In this document: positions 11,979-26,076 of the stretch, in pieces
How the letters are laid out: each line of letters starts with the position of its first letter
How positions within the stretch are numbered: position 1 is the stretch's first letter
From: Octopus sinensis
Taxonomy: Eukaryota
DNA length: 64,000 nucleotides
Reading direction: 5' to 3'
Assembly: GCF_006345805.1 (NCBI RefSeq)
Contig: NC_042998.1
Location: 30,628,001-30,692,000, forward strand
Translations under genes and position numbers: made by a program
Notes under the pieces: generated by a model
Database searches by the model: none
What the model saw: only the letters and a program-made list of their open reading frames with translations
Told to the model about the DNA's origin: nothing

Positions 11979-13640
11979 GACAGGCTTCTTTCAGTTTCCG
12001 TCTACCAAATCCACTCACAAGACATTGGTCGGCCCGGGGCTATAGCAGAAGACACTTGCTCAAGATGCCACGCAGTGGGACTGAACCTGGAACCATGTGG
12101 TTGGTTAGCAAACTACTTACCACACAGCCACTCCTGCGCCTGGCAACAGATTCAATGTAAGTTCTCCAAGAAAAATCATTACAGAAAGTCACTCTTAAGA
12201 GAGGAAAAGAATGACTCACGGGTAAGTCAATACCATCCATCGAAACCGAGTAGTAAGAAAGGATGTCTGAAGCGATTAATTGAAAGAAGTTTAGTTTTCA
12301 ATAGATTGAACGTTACAAGCCCTTTCCTACCCCACTCAACAATAGATCGAAGATCATTCGCAAGGTTCGCAGCGATCTCAACCTTAGTCAACTCGTTAGA
12401 TTTGTCCAAATAACAGTACAAAGTAGAGTCGTCAGCATAGATTACTAGCTGACAGATGACATGATCCGGCAGATCATTGATAAAAAGAAAAGTGTTGGGC
12501 CCAGGACAGATTCTTGAGGAACTCCAGCATTAATAGAGTAACTAGATGAATATTGACCATCAAGAACAACCTTGATCCTACGGTCATAAAGGGAAGAGGA
12601 GATGATGTTCAGCATGAAACCTGATACATTAAAGGATTGGAGCATCCATTGAAGTCCTGCATGCCAAACCCTAGAAAATGCCTTAGAGATATCAAGAGCA
12701 ATTGCCACAGCTTGACCAGACACATTCTAGGTACGATAAACACGCTCAGATATAACTGTGAGAAGATCAGTAGTAAACCGTCCGGCACAGAAACCGTATT
12801 GAGAGTCGGAGAATAAATGATTTGAGTGAAGATATTTTACAAGCGAGTCATTAATCAAGGACTAAAAAAACCTTACTGATGACTGGTAGTAGACTAATTG
12901 GTGTATAATTGCGAGAATTAAATCGATCACCACATTTCTTAAAGATAGAAACAACAGTTGCGGATTTCTATAAAGAAGGAAAACAAGATTCTGAGATACA
13001 CTTTCGGGAGAACCTAGATAAGACAGAAGACAAATCGGGAGAGTACTACCATCAGGTCCAGTTTTTTTACATGGATCCAACAATGCCACAATGGCCGCAA
13101 CTTTAGCAGAAGTAATATGACAACTGTGTAACAGTTTATCAGATTTACGAAAAACATCAGGAAGAGGATGACCAGAGTCATCGAGAATAGAGTGAGAACC
13201 AAACAGTTAAGCAAAGAGCTCTGCTTTATCATTTGATGTTAAGACCTCAGGTCCATTGAATAAAGGAGGAATAGAAGACTTAGTCTTACCCCTAACACTT
13301 TTAATAATTCTCCAGAAATCACGAGAGCCTACTTTCTGGGATGATATACGACCATGAATGTGCTGCTCGTAATCTGATTTAATATCACGAATGACAGCCC
13401 TAGAGGGATTACGAGCATTGGTGAAAGGCTGTTTATTCACTGCAGAATTATCTCGCTGAAACTCGTAGAAAGAAATTATTACAATGGGTTATAGCAGCAG
13501 CTAAAGCAGGAGAAAACCAGGGTGAGGAATGCGGTTCGATCTAATATTTGTGAGATGGTATCAAGGTATTAATACCAGCGGAAATCCAAGCAGTAACTAC
13601 CCCAGCACAGGCCTCAGCAGGCTTAGCAAAATATCGGTAC
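11085..13640 (-). mobile_element. Degenerate 5'-truncated LINE ORF2 (CR1/Jockey-like), split by a SINE
   Basis: Fragments PHSSPWFSP, GSRDFWRII, PCKKTGPDG, IALDISKAFSRVWHAG, AGVPQESVLGPTLF, YADDSTL, YLYKST...IEYCCH and RRRVASLSLFYKYFHG appear in order. A (TACA)n tail follows. Sequence is contiguous (SVA|KST) across the SINE at 11683-12141. Confidence 0.88.
11683..12141 (-). mobile_element. SINE family A, full length
   Basis: tRNA-like head, CACCTTGGGCAAGTG-type CORE-like motif, internal (TA)n and (AAAAGAGT)n tail. Confidence 0.88.
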
Positions 13641-13649
13641 AAGTATACT

Positions 13650-14035
13650 CTTTTTTTCTTTTACTCTTTTACTTGTTTCAGTCATTTGACTGCGGCCATG
13701 CTGGAGCACAGCCTTTAGTCGAGTAAATCGACCCCCAGGACTTATTCTTTGTACGCCTAGTACTTATTCTTTCAGTCTCTTTTGCCGAGCTACGGAGACG
13801 TAAACACACCAGCATCGGTTATCAAGCGATGTTGGGGAGACAAACACACACGCATATATATACATATACATATATACGACGGGCCTCTTTCAGTTTCCGT
13901 CTACCAAATCCACTCACAAAGCTTTGGTCGACCCGAGGCTATAGTAGAAGGCTCTTGCCCAAAGTGCCACGCAGTGGGACTGAACCAGGAACCATGTGGT
14001 TGGTAAGCAAGCTACTTATCACGCTGCCACTCCTA
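13650..14035 (-). mobile_element. SINE family A
   Basis: High similarity to other family A copies. Confidence 0.85.
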
Positions 14036-14783
14036 TATATAAAGTATTTGGAGATTCAGCTGCAAAATGATTTTATTGGTGTAAAATCATAAATATTTCA
14101 TTCAAATTCTGCCAAGGTTAACTTTTGCCTTTCGTCTTTTCGTGGTCGATAAATTAAGCACCATTAAAGTACTGCAGTCGATCCAATTGACTTTCCCTCC
14201 CCTCAAAAAACAAAACTGCTGTCCCCTGCCAAAATTTGAAATCATTATTAAAAATCACAAACAGGCGGCGATTTGTCTATTTCCTTTTACCCAAAACCAG
14301 GAACTTTTCCGCACTCTCTCGTAGATGCCAAACTTATATGCATATACATGGGTGTATGTGTGTTTGTGTGTGTGTGTGTGTGTGTGTATGTGTGTGTGTG
14401 TATGTGTGTGTGTGTTTGTGTGTGTATGTGTGTGTGTGTGTGATATAACACGTTGTATTGCGCAACATCCAAGTTGTTTCACTCTGCGTCATCAAAACAA
14501 ACGTTCTACAATATTATGTTTCTAGGCCACCGTCTCTTCTTTAGTCTAGAGAGATTAAACAGCAGGGGAACTATAAAACCTATTTTATCTTAATATTCAA
14601 TCATATTTTCCGTACAGTTTATGATTATCAGCCGATATAAAGCATTCCAATCAAACTAATATCATTCTCATTACAATCCACACCATCCCAATCCTCATAT
14701 CGTCTGCATCGTTTACATATTTCTCGTCAACTCGTCCGCGCTGTTGATACTATCATTACTCTTTATTGTCATTACCATCAAAC

Positions 14784-15132
14784 TTATTACCTCCGCCTTA
14801 GCGAAGGCAGGAGTATTGTTTTCAGTCGCGTTTGTTTGTTTTTTCCAAGAAGCGCTGGATGGGTTTGGATGAAACTTTCAGGGATGTTTGGCCTCGTGAC
14901 TGGCACGAACTGATTAGATTTTGGGATCGATCCGATACCGGATTCTGGATTATTTTTCCTATTTTTTAAACTTAATTTTTGAGAGCGGTTGGGTTCATTT
15001 TTAGTATTCTCGTTTGTGAGAACATTCGAGTTTATTTCAAATATTCTCATTTTAAAAATCCTCTCCGGCTAATCGTTGAGATGCCGTTAGTGTTGCCTTG
15101 GTGGAGTTTTGCGCTCTCCGAGTGCTCTTGTT
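14784..15132 (+). mobile_element. Helentron-associated non-autonomous element (HINE/DINE-like)
   Basis: TT-flanked ttattacctccgcc start, subterminal inverted ggtggag, 3' hairpin gcgctctccgagtgc and ...cttgtt end. Confidence 0.65.
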
Positions 15133-15366
15133 AACATTTACTATGATATACCAACCGAAGAGCGCATAACCGATAATGGAATTGAACGTAGTTTACAAAG
15201 GAAAGTCGGAATAACTTGAAGAATATATTTAAAAAATAGGTCTTGCATTATGTGATTTCACAATCCTTACTGACATCTGGTCTTTGTACATTTTTTTCTT
15301 GCATTTCTTAATAAACAAGGACAGTTGAATATGTACACAAATCTTTTTTAATATATTTAATAGAGA

Positions 15367-15768
15367 AAGGCGGCGAGCTGGCAGAAACTTTAGCACGCCG
15401 GGGAAATGCTTTGCGGTATTTCGTCTGCCGCTACATTCTGAGTTCAAATTTCGCTGAGGTCGACTTTGCCTTTCATCCTTTCGGGGTCGATAAATTAAGT
15501 ACCAGTTACGCACTGGGGTCGATATAATCGACTTAATCCCTTTGTCTGTCCTTGTTTGTCTTCTCTCTGTTTAGCCCCTTGTGGGTAGTAAAGAAATAGG
15601 TATTTTGTCTGTCGTTTTGATCTGAGTTCAAATTTCGCTGAGTTCTACTGTGCCTTTCATCCTTTCGGGGGCGATAAATTAAGTGCCAGTGGCGTACTGA
15701 GGTCGATCTATTCGACTGTCTTCCTCCCCAAACATTTCGGGCCTTATGACTAGAGTAGAAAAGAATAT
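15367..15768 (+). mobile_element. SINE family B dimer (young unit plus diverged unit with alternative tail)
   Basis: Junction aagaaata|ggtatt at 15598/15599. Confidence 0.85.
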
Positions 15769-16135
15769 GGATCTTTTCCCTTTCAACGGCAAATCGAGAA
15801 ATTAATTTCTTGTGACTAAACACTTTCAAACTTCGGAATGTGTCATTTAAAACATCTTTTACTCTTAGTGTTATTGAGAAAAGTTTCTATTTTCAAAGTT
15901 ATTTCGTGTTCAAGTTGTCGTATTTCGCTAATTTCAACCAATCGATGACGTGTATTCAGCTGAATAAAATTACTGCCGTTGTTTGTCAACAACAACTATC
16001 GGCGGTGTATATTTCGTTTGTCACTGTTGTTTATGACATATTTCATCTCAGTTACGATTGTATGAATAGACGTGTGTATCTGAAGCATGTTTACTTCATG
16101 GCACCAGTGTTCTTGCTATTTAGTTGCCGTTTATT
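15769..16135. mobile_element. Diverged relative of the 57733 MITE
   Basis: Shares ggatctttt..., actaaacactt..aaacttcg, ttattgagaaaa and atttcaaccaatc.atgacgt. Confidence 0.55.
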
Positions 16136-16659
16136 TGCGCACTGAGGTCAATGTAATCTACTTACCACTACTCCGTAAATTCCAGGCCTTTTGCCTATAA
16201 TAGAAAGGATATTAAGATATTAGAAAAGGCGACAAGCTGGCAGAATCGTTAGAACGCCGGGCGAAATGCTTATCATATTTCGTCTGTCGTTACATTTTGA
16301 GTTCAAATTCCGCTGATGTTGACTTTTCCTTTCATCCTTTCGAGGAGAATAAAATAAAATATCAGGTGAGCAATGGAATCGATGTAAATGACTTACCCCC
16401 TCCCCCGAAATTATTGGCCTTGTCTCAAAATTTGAAACCGATATTAAGATATATCGGAATAGCGGAATTTGGAATAGAGAACTGGAACGAATATGAAACA
16501 GTGAAAGTTTTAGGATAAAATTGTTGTTTTTATGAAGTTTCTTTTATATTTTTTCAGTTTTTTTTTATATTTAATTCCAAAGACATCAAAATAAAGACAT
16601 GCACGATAATGACATCCACAATAAAGATGGTTTTATAAATGAGATATATATCGTATATC

Positions 16660-17007
16660 ATCATCGTTCAACGTCCGCTTTCCTCGCTGGCATGGGCTGG
16701 ACGGTTTGACTGAGGACTGGCAAGCCAGGAGGCTGCTCCAGGCAAGGTTCTACAGCTGGATGCCGTTCCTAACGCCAACCGCTGCGAGAGTGTAGTGGAT
16801 GCTTCTTACGTGTCAGCAGCACGGGACCAGTCAGGCGGCACTGGCATTGACCACACTCGAATGGTGCTTTTTACGTGCCACCGGCACGGAAGCCAGTCAG
16901 GCGGCACTGGCATCGACTACGCTCGAATAGTGCTTTTTACGTGCCGCTGGCACAGAGTCAGGCGGCACTGGTTCCATTCGGGCGTGGTCGATGCCAGTGC
17001 CGCCTGG
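16660..17007. mobile_element. SINE-like repeat with internal ~64-bp tandem units
   Basis: (ATC)n end, ggatgccgttcctaacgccaacc motif and three cagtcaggcggcactgg units. Confidence 0.55.
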
Positions 17008-17809
17008 AAGAGAAATAACTGAAACAAAAAAATTATATATCTAAAATTTATTTAGAACTTTATCACTGATAAAAATAAACGGCAACTAAAACTCATTAAT
17101 AGCAAAAATACTGGGAATTTAAAATTCCATATTATGACCTACTTTCAAGAAATTAATTTTTTGCTCGGGGACCTAATTGTCGATCACACATTTAATGTTC
17201 TTGTTTAAATGTCTGTACGTCTTATTTTGGCTGCTTCCTTCTCCCTGGGTACAGTTTTGCAATTACTTGTAATAAACATATTCTTCGTAACGGAATTAAC
17301 TGGCTTTTTAGTATATACATTATTCTCATTGCTATCTTCCAATAGCATCAGAAACACCAACTTCATTTGATTATGTTACATTATCAGCTGAAAACAATAC
17401 GAAAACACTTAGCAACGTTTCGATATTTATTCGCCTCTGAGTTACGAAATTATTGCCCCATCTCGCGCGCGCTCTCTTTAAACTGCAGCCAAAACAAACT
17501 TTACATCTGAAACCTGAATAACAAAATTAAATTGCTTGCTGGTAGCACGACTCCAATGCTAACGACACATTGACTAAATAACGACCATGGAGGGTTATAG
17601 TAAAGTGGGTTTAGTCGATAAAAGGAATGTTATGATGTTGTTTATGAATGTCAACAACAGATGTGACTCATGGGAGCATTCTGCAAAAATAAATCTAAGG
17701 TAGGACTTCATTTACATAGCTACAATTTTTTTTTCCGTTCTTGAAACTGAAGTGACCACGACTCTCACTAACTTACAATTATATAAGAAGCTGAATGTGA
17801 TGAAAAAAA

Positions 17810-17854
17810 GTGACTACTACAACTACTACTACTACGACTATTCTTCTTCTTCTT

Positions 17855-17909
<55 letters not shown>

Positions 17910-17935
17910 TACTACTACTACTTCTACTACTACAG
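17810..17935. repeat. (TAC)n microsatellite
   Basis: Direct reading. Confidence 0.93.
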
Positions 17936-17950
17936 TCAGTTATATAACCT

Positions 17951-18265
17951 TAGGCTGACCAAAGCCTTGCGAGTGGATTTGGTAGACGGAAATTGAAACA
18001 AGCTCGCCGTATATATATGTGTGTGTGTATACGTTTGTCTGTGTGTGAGTGTCTTTGTGCCAGTATTTATCCCCCACTGCCGTTTGATAGCTGGTGCTGG
18101 TGTGTTTACATCCCCGTAACTTAACGGTTTTCCAAAAGAACCCGTTAGAATAACTAGCAAGCTTAAAACAAAAAAGTACTTTGGTTGATTTATTTCTACC
18201 TAAAGTTATTCGAGGTGATGCCCCAACATGGCCGCAATCTAATAACTGACAGAAATAAAAGATAT
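17951..18265 (+). mobile_element. SINE family A, 5'-truncated
   Basis: Starts at gaccaaagccttg and has a diverged tail. Confidence 0.7.
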
Positions 18266-18282
18266 TTATATATATATATATA

Positions 18283-18480
18283 TAGGGAGAGTTTACGAAA
18301 ACAACAAAAGACGAAGACAGGTGGTGTAGAAAACAAACAGATGTATTAGTATAACGCTCAGGAATAGAAAAAGTCTTCTACGTTTCGAGCCTACGCTCTT
18401 CTACAGAAAGAGACACAGAAAAAAACAAGGAGAGAAACAAGGAGAAACAAAAAATGTGTGTAGTGGCTAACGATCTATCA
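18283..18480 (-). mobile_element. Family F HHR-like element
   Basis: Minus strand reads tcttt CTGTAGA a gagc-gtag-gctc GAAA cgt A gaaga at 18374-18411. Lies between two (TA)n tracts. Confidence 0.65.
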
Positions 18481-18541
<61 letters not shown>

Positions 18542-18864
18542 CACTTATTCATAAATTCTTATATGACAAGATTAAAACCTTGTACAATGAGGAGTCAAGC
18601 CACTCATCATTTCCACTTAGAAATAAGGAGAATCTGTCGCCAATGAATTATCCAGACTATCTTTAATGTCTACTTCATAACGTTATGAAACGAAAGAGGC
18701 ATCAGATGACTTCCTAACGCCAAAACACTTTTTTATCCTTCTGTCCATCAGAATAAACTTACATTAATACTAATTGAAGCTATATTTCTTACTCTCTCTC
18801 CCTCCTTAATCTACCTCCCTTCTTTCACTCTTTCTTATTTTGTCTTCTCTCTCCTCTCCCTCTT

Positions 18865-18903
<39 letters not shown>

Positions 18904-19310
18904 CTATCTCTCTCTCTTCCTCTGTCTCTCTCGTAATAATTTGTGTTTTATCTCTTTACATTCTCATGTCATATCTCGCAGGAATAGATCTAACCTTTCA
19001 TCTTTTGGTAGTCGAAAAATAAGTACCAATCAAGTATTTCTACCACATAACTGGCAAACCGTCAACCCACATACATATTTCCTTGTGTCTGTGCTTTAAT
19101 TCAATTCATATTTGCCGTACATTTAATCAGAATAGTGCACAGTTTACTGTTTACATCCAATGGCATTTAAATGATCTCTTTCTATTTCTATGAAATTTGT
19201 TATTTCAAGTCTTTGTACTTTAGTGTACTCGAACTGAAATCACCCTCATTACACTCCTCAATATATAATTGTTATAAATCATTTTTCAGATTATTACAAA
19301 ACCGTTTGAA

Positions 19311-19777
19311 GGTGGCGGCAAACTGGCAGGAATAGTTAGTCCGCCGAGTAAGATGCTTAGCGGCATTTCGTCCATCTTTACGTTCCAAGTTCAAATTCTG
19401 CCGAGGTCGACTTTGCCTTTCATCCTTTCGAGGTTGATACAATAAGTAACAGTTGAACGCTGGGAGATCGATGTACTCGAATTTCCCCTCACCGACGTTG
19501 CCTGCCTTGTTTTCCAATGATGGTATAATTGATTGAGGAAGGCGGTGAGCTGGCAGAATCGTTAGGACGCCGGGCGAAATGCTTAGCCGTATTTCGTCTG
19601 TTGCTATGTTCTGAGTTCTAATTCCGCCGAGGTCGACTTTGCCTTTCATCTTTTCGAGGTCGATTAAATAAGTACCAGTTTCGCACTTGGGTCGACATAA
19701 TCGACTTAATCCGTTTATATGTCCTTGTTTATCCTATCTGTGCTTAGCCCCTTGTGGCTAGTAAAGAAATAGGTATT
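19311..19777 (+). mobile_element. SINE family B cluster
   Basis: Two heads (19311, ~19538), ending at a ggtatt junction. Confidence 0.8.
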
Positions 19778-20295
19778 ATTGATTGGATTGGAAGCCAACA
19801 TATGCATGATATTTTTTAATCAACCCAATGACATGAATATATAATCAACATCATGGTAATTTGAAGCCCTAACGTGTAGGAGACTGCTATATATATTCCA
19901 AGGCATTTAGTTATTCCTGATTTCGCTGCTGTTAGGTCACCGTGTTAGTATTGCGAGAATATAGGCACGTTAACGTTTGTTGCTTTTGTATAACGTTTGC
20001 TGTATCAGGTATATCGCTGCTGCGAGAGATTTTTTTCATTTTCATTCTGGTTGAAATCTAATTCAGAAATCTAAGGATTTTACATGGCTAAAATTTCGCT
20101 TTTTCCCCTGTGAAACAGCGAGCATTATTTCTAGTCAAAGTAGAGTAAATTATATTAATAACGAATTGTTTGGCCGTTTAAATGTTTGAACAAATCATTT
20201 TACCAGATATTGTTCAATAACAACAACAATGCTTTATATTGCTTTCGAAACTATTGATAGTTTGTAGCATGGGTAGATCGTCCAGGATTAAATCT

Positions 20296-20436
20296 ACACA
20301 TTATTTACATTTGACAGATATTTGTCCTCATCTTGTTTGTTGTTAACAAAACGTTTCAGCTGATATACCCTCCAGCCTTCATCAGGTGTCTTGGGGAAAT
20401 TTCGAACCTGGGTTCTCTTTCCTGGGGTATTTTCGA

Positions 20437-20480
<44 letters not shown>

Positions 20481-20537
20481 TCACTGCTTGGAATCGAACT
20501 CCGAATCTTGGGGTTAGTAGCCAGCGCTCTTAACAAC
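20296..20537 (-). mobile_element. tRNA-headed hammerhead SINE, second copy
   Basis: Minus strand reads ttaagagcgctggctactaaccccaagattcggaGTTCGATTCC (intact B box 20490-20499), (AAT)n, HHR and the same tail as the 51234 copy. Confidence 0.8.
20345..20390 (-). ncRNA. Minimal hammerhead ribozyme (stem I position 1.1 mismatched)
   Basis: Minus strand reads gacac CTGATGA a ggctg-gagggtatat-cagct GAAA cgt T ttgtt. Confidence 0.72.
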
Positions 20538-21664
20538 TTTCACAAAAGTTTCTTGGTGAGGGAAGTTGCTAGAAACCCAGTAAAGTTAAAACAATGTATG
20601 CCAAATGAACGGATGAATCTAGCAATGGGTCAACGATTATGCAACGACAGAATGATTAGGGTACCAGTTATAAATACAAGTTTCCTTTAAAACAAAACCA
20701 GCTTACAAAGACGAAACAAATGTAAGTGGCGTACGTCATAAAATGTGAAATAATATCCGTGCTGCGTGGCTTCGACTAAAATACATCCACAGTCTTCCGA
20801 GTATTCCAAATTACTTAATTCAAATCTATGTCTCTCTTTTCTGTATTGCTTTCTTTTCTTTCTCTTTGAAAATTTGTCTTTGTCTTTCTCTGTCTCTTTC
20901 TCTGTGAGTCTGCTTAGTACACACATATTTATCTACGTTTATATACATTTGTTCATGCACAGGTTTATAAAATCACGCACAATTATATGAGCATGTGTGT
21001 GTGAACCGTGTTGAACCATAACAATCACTTTCTTCTTGAACGAGTTGGTTAAACAAATTATTTCCCATTGCGACAATCCACAAACTCCTGCCGTTTTGAG
21101 GAGTCACAAATAATTTAGTGGAGATTTGATCCACTTTATTAGGACTAAAATTCGATCACTCCCTTAAGTTAGTAACTTTGGTTCACGTTAAGATAGAATG
21201 TCCGCAATACGATCTTGGATCAAAAATGTTTTGTGGAAGCGATCACCGAAATAAAAATGTATTTTAAGTATTATTTAAGAATTATAGATATTTTCTTCTT
21301 TTCTTTTATAGATGTATTCTTTCTCGCGTGCTTTTACCACAATGATGCCAAGCTGAAGAGATATATTTATTTTACATTTCTTCATGATTTCGTTGACTAT
21401 TCTAAGGATGTTTTTATTTTATTTTTTGTAAACAAGAGAAAATCAATGTATTCTTTTGTGTGTTGGATAAGTTACTTCCATGTTATAATCCGAATCACAA
21501 AGACGGTAAAACATATTTCAAGGCACAAACTGCTTTTAGGTTGCAGGAAATACATCTCCATTGATATTGATACCACCTGTAAGACTGAATAGCTTTTAGG
21601 TTCATATATCTATGCTGCTAAGTTATTGACGAGATCAGAATTTAAATAGAGAATTAGGATATGT

Positions 21665-22050
21665 TTGGAAGCACTCTGTCGGTTACAACGACGAGGGTTC
21701 CGGTTGATCCGATCAACGGAACAGCCTGCTCGTGAAATTAACGTGTAAGTGGCTGAGCACTCCACAGACACGTGTACCCTTAACGTAGTTCTCGGGGATA
21801 TTCAGCGTGACACAGAGAGTGACAAGGCCGGCCCCTTGAAATACAGGTACAACAGAAACAGGAAGTAAGAGTGAGAGAAAGTTGTGGTGAAAGAGTACAG
21901 CAGGGATCACCACCATCCCCTGCCGGAACCTCGTGGAGCTTTAGGTATTTTCGCTCAATAAACACTCACAACGCCCGGTCTGGGAATCGAAACCACGATC
22001 CTACGACCGCGAGTCCGCTTCCCTAACCACTGGGCTATTGCGCCTCCACT
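21665..22050 (-). mobile_element. tRNA-derived SINE, family D, with 12-bp TSD
   Basis: Homologous to 60225-60588. TSD attaggatatgt at 21653-21664 and 22051-22062. Confidence 0.87.
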
Positions 22051-23206
22051 ATTAGGATATGTACCGAAAAGATGATGTAAGTGATAGACATTTTGTATTT
22101 TAAAGGATGTGATGAACGTCTGTTTTTAACTCTGTTTAATTCTTAATTTCTCACCCTGCCCTTAATGAATTCATCATATCTAACACTTTTCAGTATGTAT
22201 GCATGTATGTATGAATCTATACATTTATCTATATTGGCTCGTGTGTGTTGTGTATGTTTGTGTGTGTGTGTGCGTGTGTACGTGTGCGTACTTACGTACG
22301 TACGTGTGTAGAAGTGGAAGTTTGATTAAATTTTCTTTGAAAATATCTAGCAAATTAAATTAGCCCCAGGGACGTTGGATTCAATTACAAATTCTTGGGG
22401 AAAACCTTGTAAAACACTTTGTCTTGACATCCAAACAATGTATGAAAAGTAAATATCACAGTAAGAACCACTAAACTTTTACAACAAAGAATTTTTGATT
22501 GAGAAAATTCTTATCAGTAGATATGTCGATGTCTCGTCAAGTAGAGTTTACGACAAAAGAAACAATGACCGTCATGTGACAAATAACTGCAAATAAGACA
22601 CAAGTCATATCAATTTAAAATTTTAACAGCTTTCGAGTTTGATAAGTATACTATATCCCACATAAACCAACACAAAAAGGAAACGGCCTCCACCTGGAGC
22701 AATACTCAACATTTTTAATAAGACAAATCTCATGTGTAACAACAAAAGTCGAAGCCATTTATAGTCCGTTTAGTTCACGTTGTTTAACCTAAATGTGCTT
22801 CGGAATAGAAATTAAAAAAGCATAAACGTTTGAAAATTGGTGGACTTAATCGATTGCCAGGTTTATTAAATTCCTACATATCGGCTTCCTAAAACGGATT
22901 TCATTCTGATGCAATAGTTCCGGTAATGTCAGCAATCCTCTTTTCCCTCCAAGTAGTCTCGAATGCCCTTGATAAGATCGTGAACATAATCCGTCCTCCT
23001 CTCGATAAGTTCTTTAAAAAGAATTTTAACTTAAATAAACAACCAATATCTCCTTTGTGTACACAAGAAAAGTATTGGATTTCTTACTCTTAAAGAATTA
23101 AGGATACAGAAGTACACTAGAGAGTTACGATTAAATCTCTTCGCGTTTTATCTTTCAGTCAAAAGGCAAGGTCCTGCTCATGACATGTTTTGCGAGATGG
23201 TAAGTG

Positions 23207-23255
<49 letters not shown>

Positions 23256-23735
23256 CTAAAACATAGTCCGAATGCCTGAAATAGATTAGATATCATGAAC
23301 GCATGCAAGGGGTTAAACAGAGCGACGGGTCAAGCCTAACGCAGAGGTAAGATATGTTGGGATTTCAAGAACAGAAACCGCAGAGACATCCGGTCTGACA
23401 TCTTTACAGTTGCACGAATCTGCCACCTAGGATTGGTATTGTTTATCGATCACGAATGGATGAGAGTAAAAGCTGACCTTGACACAAAAATAGAATTTGA
23501 ATTCAGAACACAGCAAATCATTACAAATACAGCGAAACTATGTGTAGGATTTTCTAAGGATTCTGCCAATTCGACGCCTACATCTCAGTATAAGTAAATA
23601 CAGAAACGAATTCCTGCCACAAATGTAAAATATTGCTTAGCACACGACATACAATGATTGTTATTATAAGAATTATAATCCTTTTCACTTGTAAATTCGC
23701 ATGATACAGTACATGCGAAGCTAAAGGTCAACAAT

Positions 23736-24150
23736 AGGCGCAGGAGTGACTGTGTGGTAAGTAGCTTGCTTACCAACCACATGGTTCCAGGTTCAGTCCC
23801 ACTGCGTGGCACCTTGGGCAAGTGTCTTCTACTATAGCCTCGGCCGACCAAAGCCTTGTGAGTGGATTTCATAGATGGAAACTGAAAGAAGCCCGTCGTA
23901 TATATGTATATAGATATATATGTATGTGTGTGTATATGTTTGTGTGTCCGTGTTTGTCCCCCCAACATTGCTTGACAACCGATGGTGGTGTGCTTACGTC
24001 CCCGTAACTTAGCAGTTCGGCAAAAGAGACCAATAGAATAAGTACAAGGCTTACAGAGAATAAGTCCTAGGGTCGATTTGCTCGACTAAAGGTGGTGCTC
24101 CAGCATGACCGCAGTCAAATGACTGAAACAAGTAAAAGAGTAAAAGAGTA
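23736..24150 (+). mobile_element. SINE family A, full length
   Basis: aggcgcaggagtg..gtgtggtaag head, ggttcagtccc B-box-like motif, CORE-like motif and aaaagagt tail. Confidence 0.9.
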
Positions 24151-24667
24151 ATTGGATGGGAAACTTGTTTAGCGAAAGATATTTTAGTGATACAAAAGTT
24201 TTCAAATTAAAAACTATTTAAACATAATTTTAAATTGAAAAGTTAATACTACCAAACTACTCTATTACAAAATCTTGATCAGCTATTCCCTTTATTGTTG
24301 ACAAAATAAGTTGTCATACCTTAGCTTTGATGTGAATAAAACTAAATTTTCAATATGTATGCGTATAAAAGCAAATTTTGTTGCAGCTTGGGAGGGCCGT
24401 TATACCAATAATAAACACACGTGTTGTTTCAATTTCACTTCTGTTATTATTATTTGTCAACTAGTGAACTATTTACTGAATTAACTAATGAACTAATCGA
24501 CTGCTTGATTCCTTGTTCGATAGATCAAACAATCAAGAATCTGGGTTTCACAGAGTCCTTTCGTCGCCATTCGCAACCTCATCAATAACATACCTTCACT
24601 ATTATTACTGGCTCCCAGTTTTCAGATCCTATGTTTATCCTTAGACGGATGTGAAAGAGAAAGGGAG

Positions 24668-24704
<37 letters not shown>

Positions 24705-24989
24705 ATGCTCATCATGGTGCGGATCTGTGAAATGCGTGAGTGTGATTAGATCCCAGATCTGTAGGACATGCTCTTTTCATAGGATGTTATGCAGCAATAA
24801 GGATTGTATTGTTCGTAATACAAACCCTAGGGTCAACTACAAAATGAGAAACATAGTATACTAGTTCAAATTCATGGACGACTATCTTAAAGTCTCTATC
24901 ACAGTATGGACATTGGACATTCCTGTCTGGACCCTGGGATTCATTCGGCCCTTTACTCGGTTTCCACGCTGTATAAGTAGTCGAGATCA

Positions 24990-25172
24990 CAACACTCAAC
25001 CACCGGAACTGGACCCCAGCCCGTCTCAGAGTTGTTATTTGTTTGTAGCTGAGTGGACTGGTTCAATGTGAAATAAAGCGTTTTTATTCCCGAAGACAAC
25101 ACATCACCCCGTCCGGAAATCGAATCCACGTGTTGCGATTGTGAATGCAACAAGCTAAACTCTAGACCATGC
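24990..25172 (-). mobile_element. Diverged family C SINE fragment
   Basis: Minus strand has a tRNA-like head followed by ctttatttcacattgaaccagtccactcagct, as in the 8654 copy. Confidence 0.6.
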
Positions 25173-25657
25173 GACTTCGCAAGGACGTGGCCGAGAGACT
25201 GGAGGCACACGGCGGTAGTCTATCAGTATGCGAAGGGTAAACATTACGGCATACTAAACGATATAAACTGAAGTATACAGAGATGGAAATAATTTATTCT
25301 CAAACGCAGAATAATGCCGAATAGCATAAATATGATAGAACATCCATATATTGCAGAAAGATTTGTTAGTAGCCAGCCAGCCATGAGACTCGAACTCATA
25401 TTTCTGTGATTACCGGTGAAATGCTTTACCTTTAAGCTAAACTGCCCACTAAGAAATTCTGCTGCAATTTTTGAACTTATAAATTTAGCTTTTAAAGACG
25501 CTATATGGGAAATTACGATGTATATAAACAAAGCTTGGTTTTTTTTAGAAGCGTTGAGATATATTTAAATATACAGATATGGAAATAATTTATTCTTAAT
25601 CGCAGAATACTGCTGAATGGCCTAAATATGATAGAACACTCATATATAGAGAGAGAT

Positions 25658-26076
25658 AAGGCGGCGAGCTGGCAGACACGTTAGAGCGCCGGGTGAAATG
25701 CTTAGCGGTATTTCGTCTGCGTTACGTTGTGAGTTCAAATTCTGCCGAGGTCGACTTTGCCTTTCATCCTTTCGGGGTCGATAAATTAAGTACCAGTTAC
25801 GCACTGAGGTCGATGTAATCGACTTAATACCTATGTCTGTCCTTGTTTGTCCCCTCTGTGTTTAGCCCCTTGTGGGTAATAAAGAAATAGGTATTTCGTC
25901 TGTCGTTACGTTCTGAGTTCAAATTCCGCTGAGGTCGACTTTGCCATTCATCCTTTCGGGGTCGATAAATAAAGTATCAGTTTCGCACTGGAGTCGATGT
26001 AATCGACTTAATCCCTTTGTCTGTCCTTGTTTGTCCCCTCTACGTTCATCCCCTTGTGGGCAATAAAGAAATACAT
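25658..26076 (+). mobile_element. SINE family B dimer
   Basis: Junction at 25889/25890. Confidence 0.88.

Noticed and set aside
24690-24999. Minus-strand CPYCDRDF motif upstream of a (CA)n tract, possibly an RTE-type C-terminal zinc finger
   Set aside because: It is a single short motif with no RT context, which is not enough to call.
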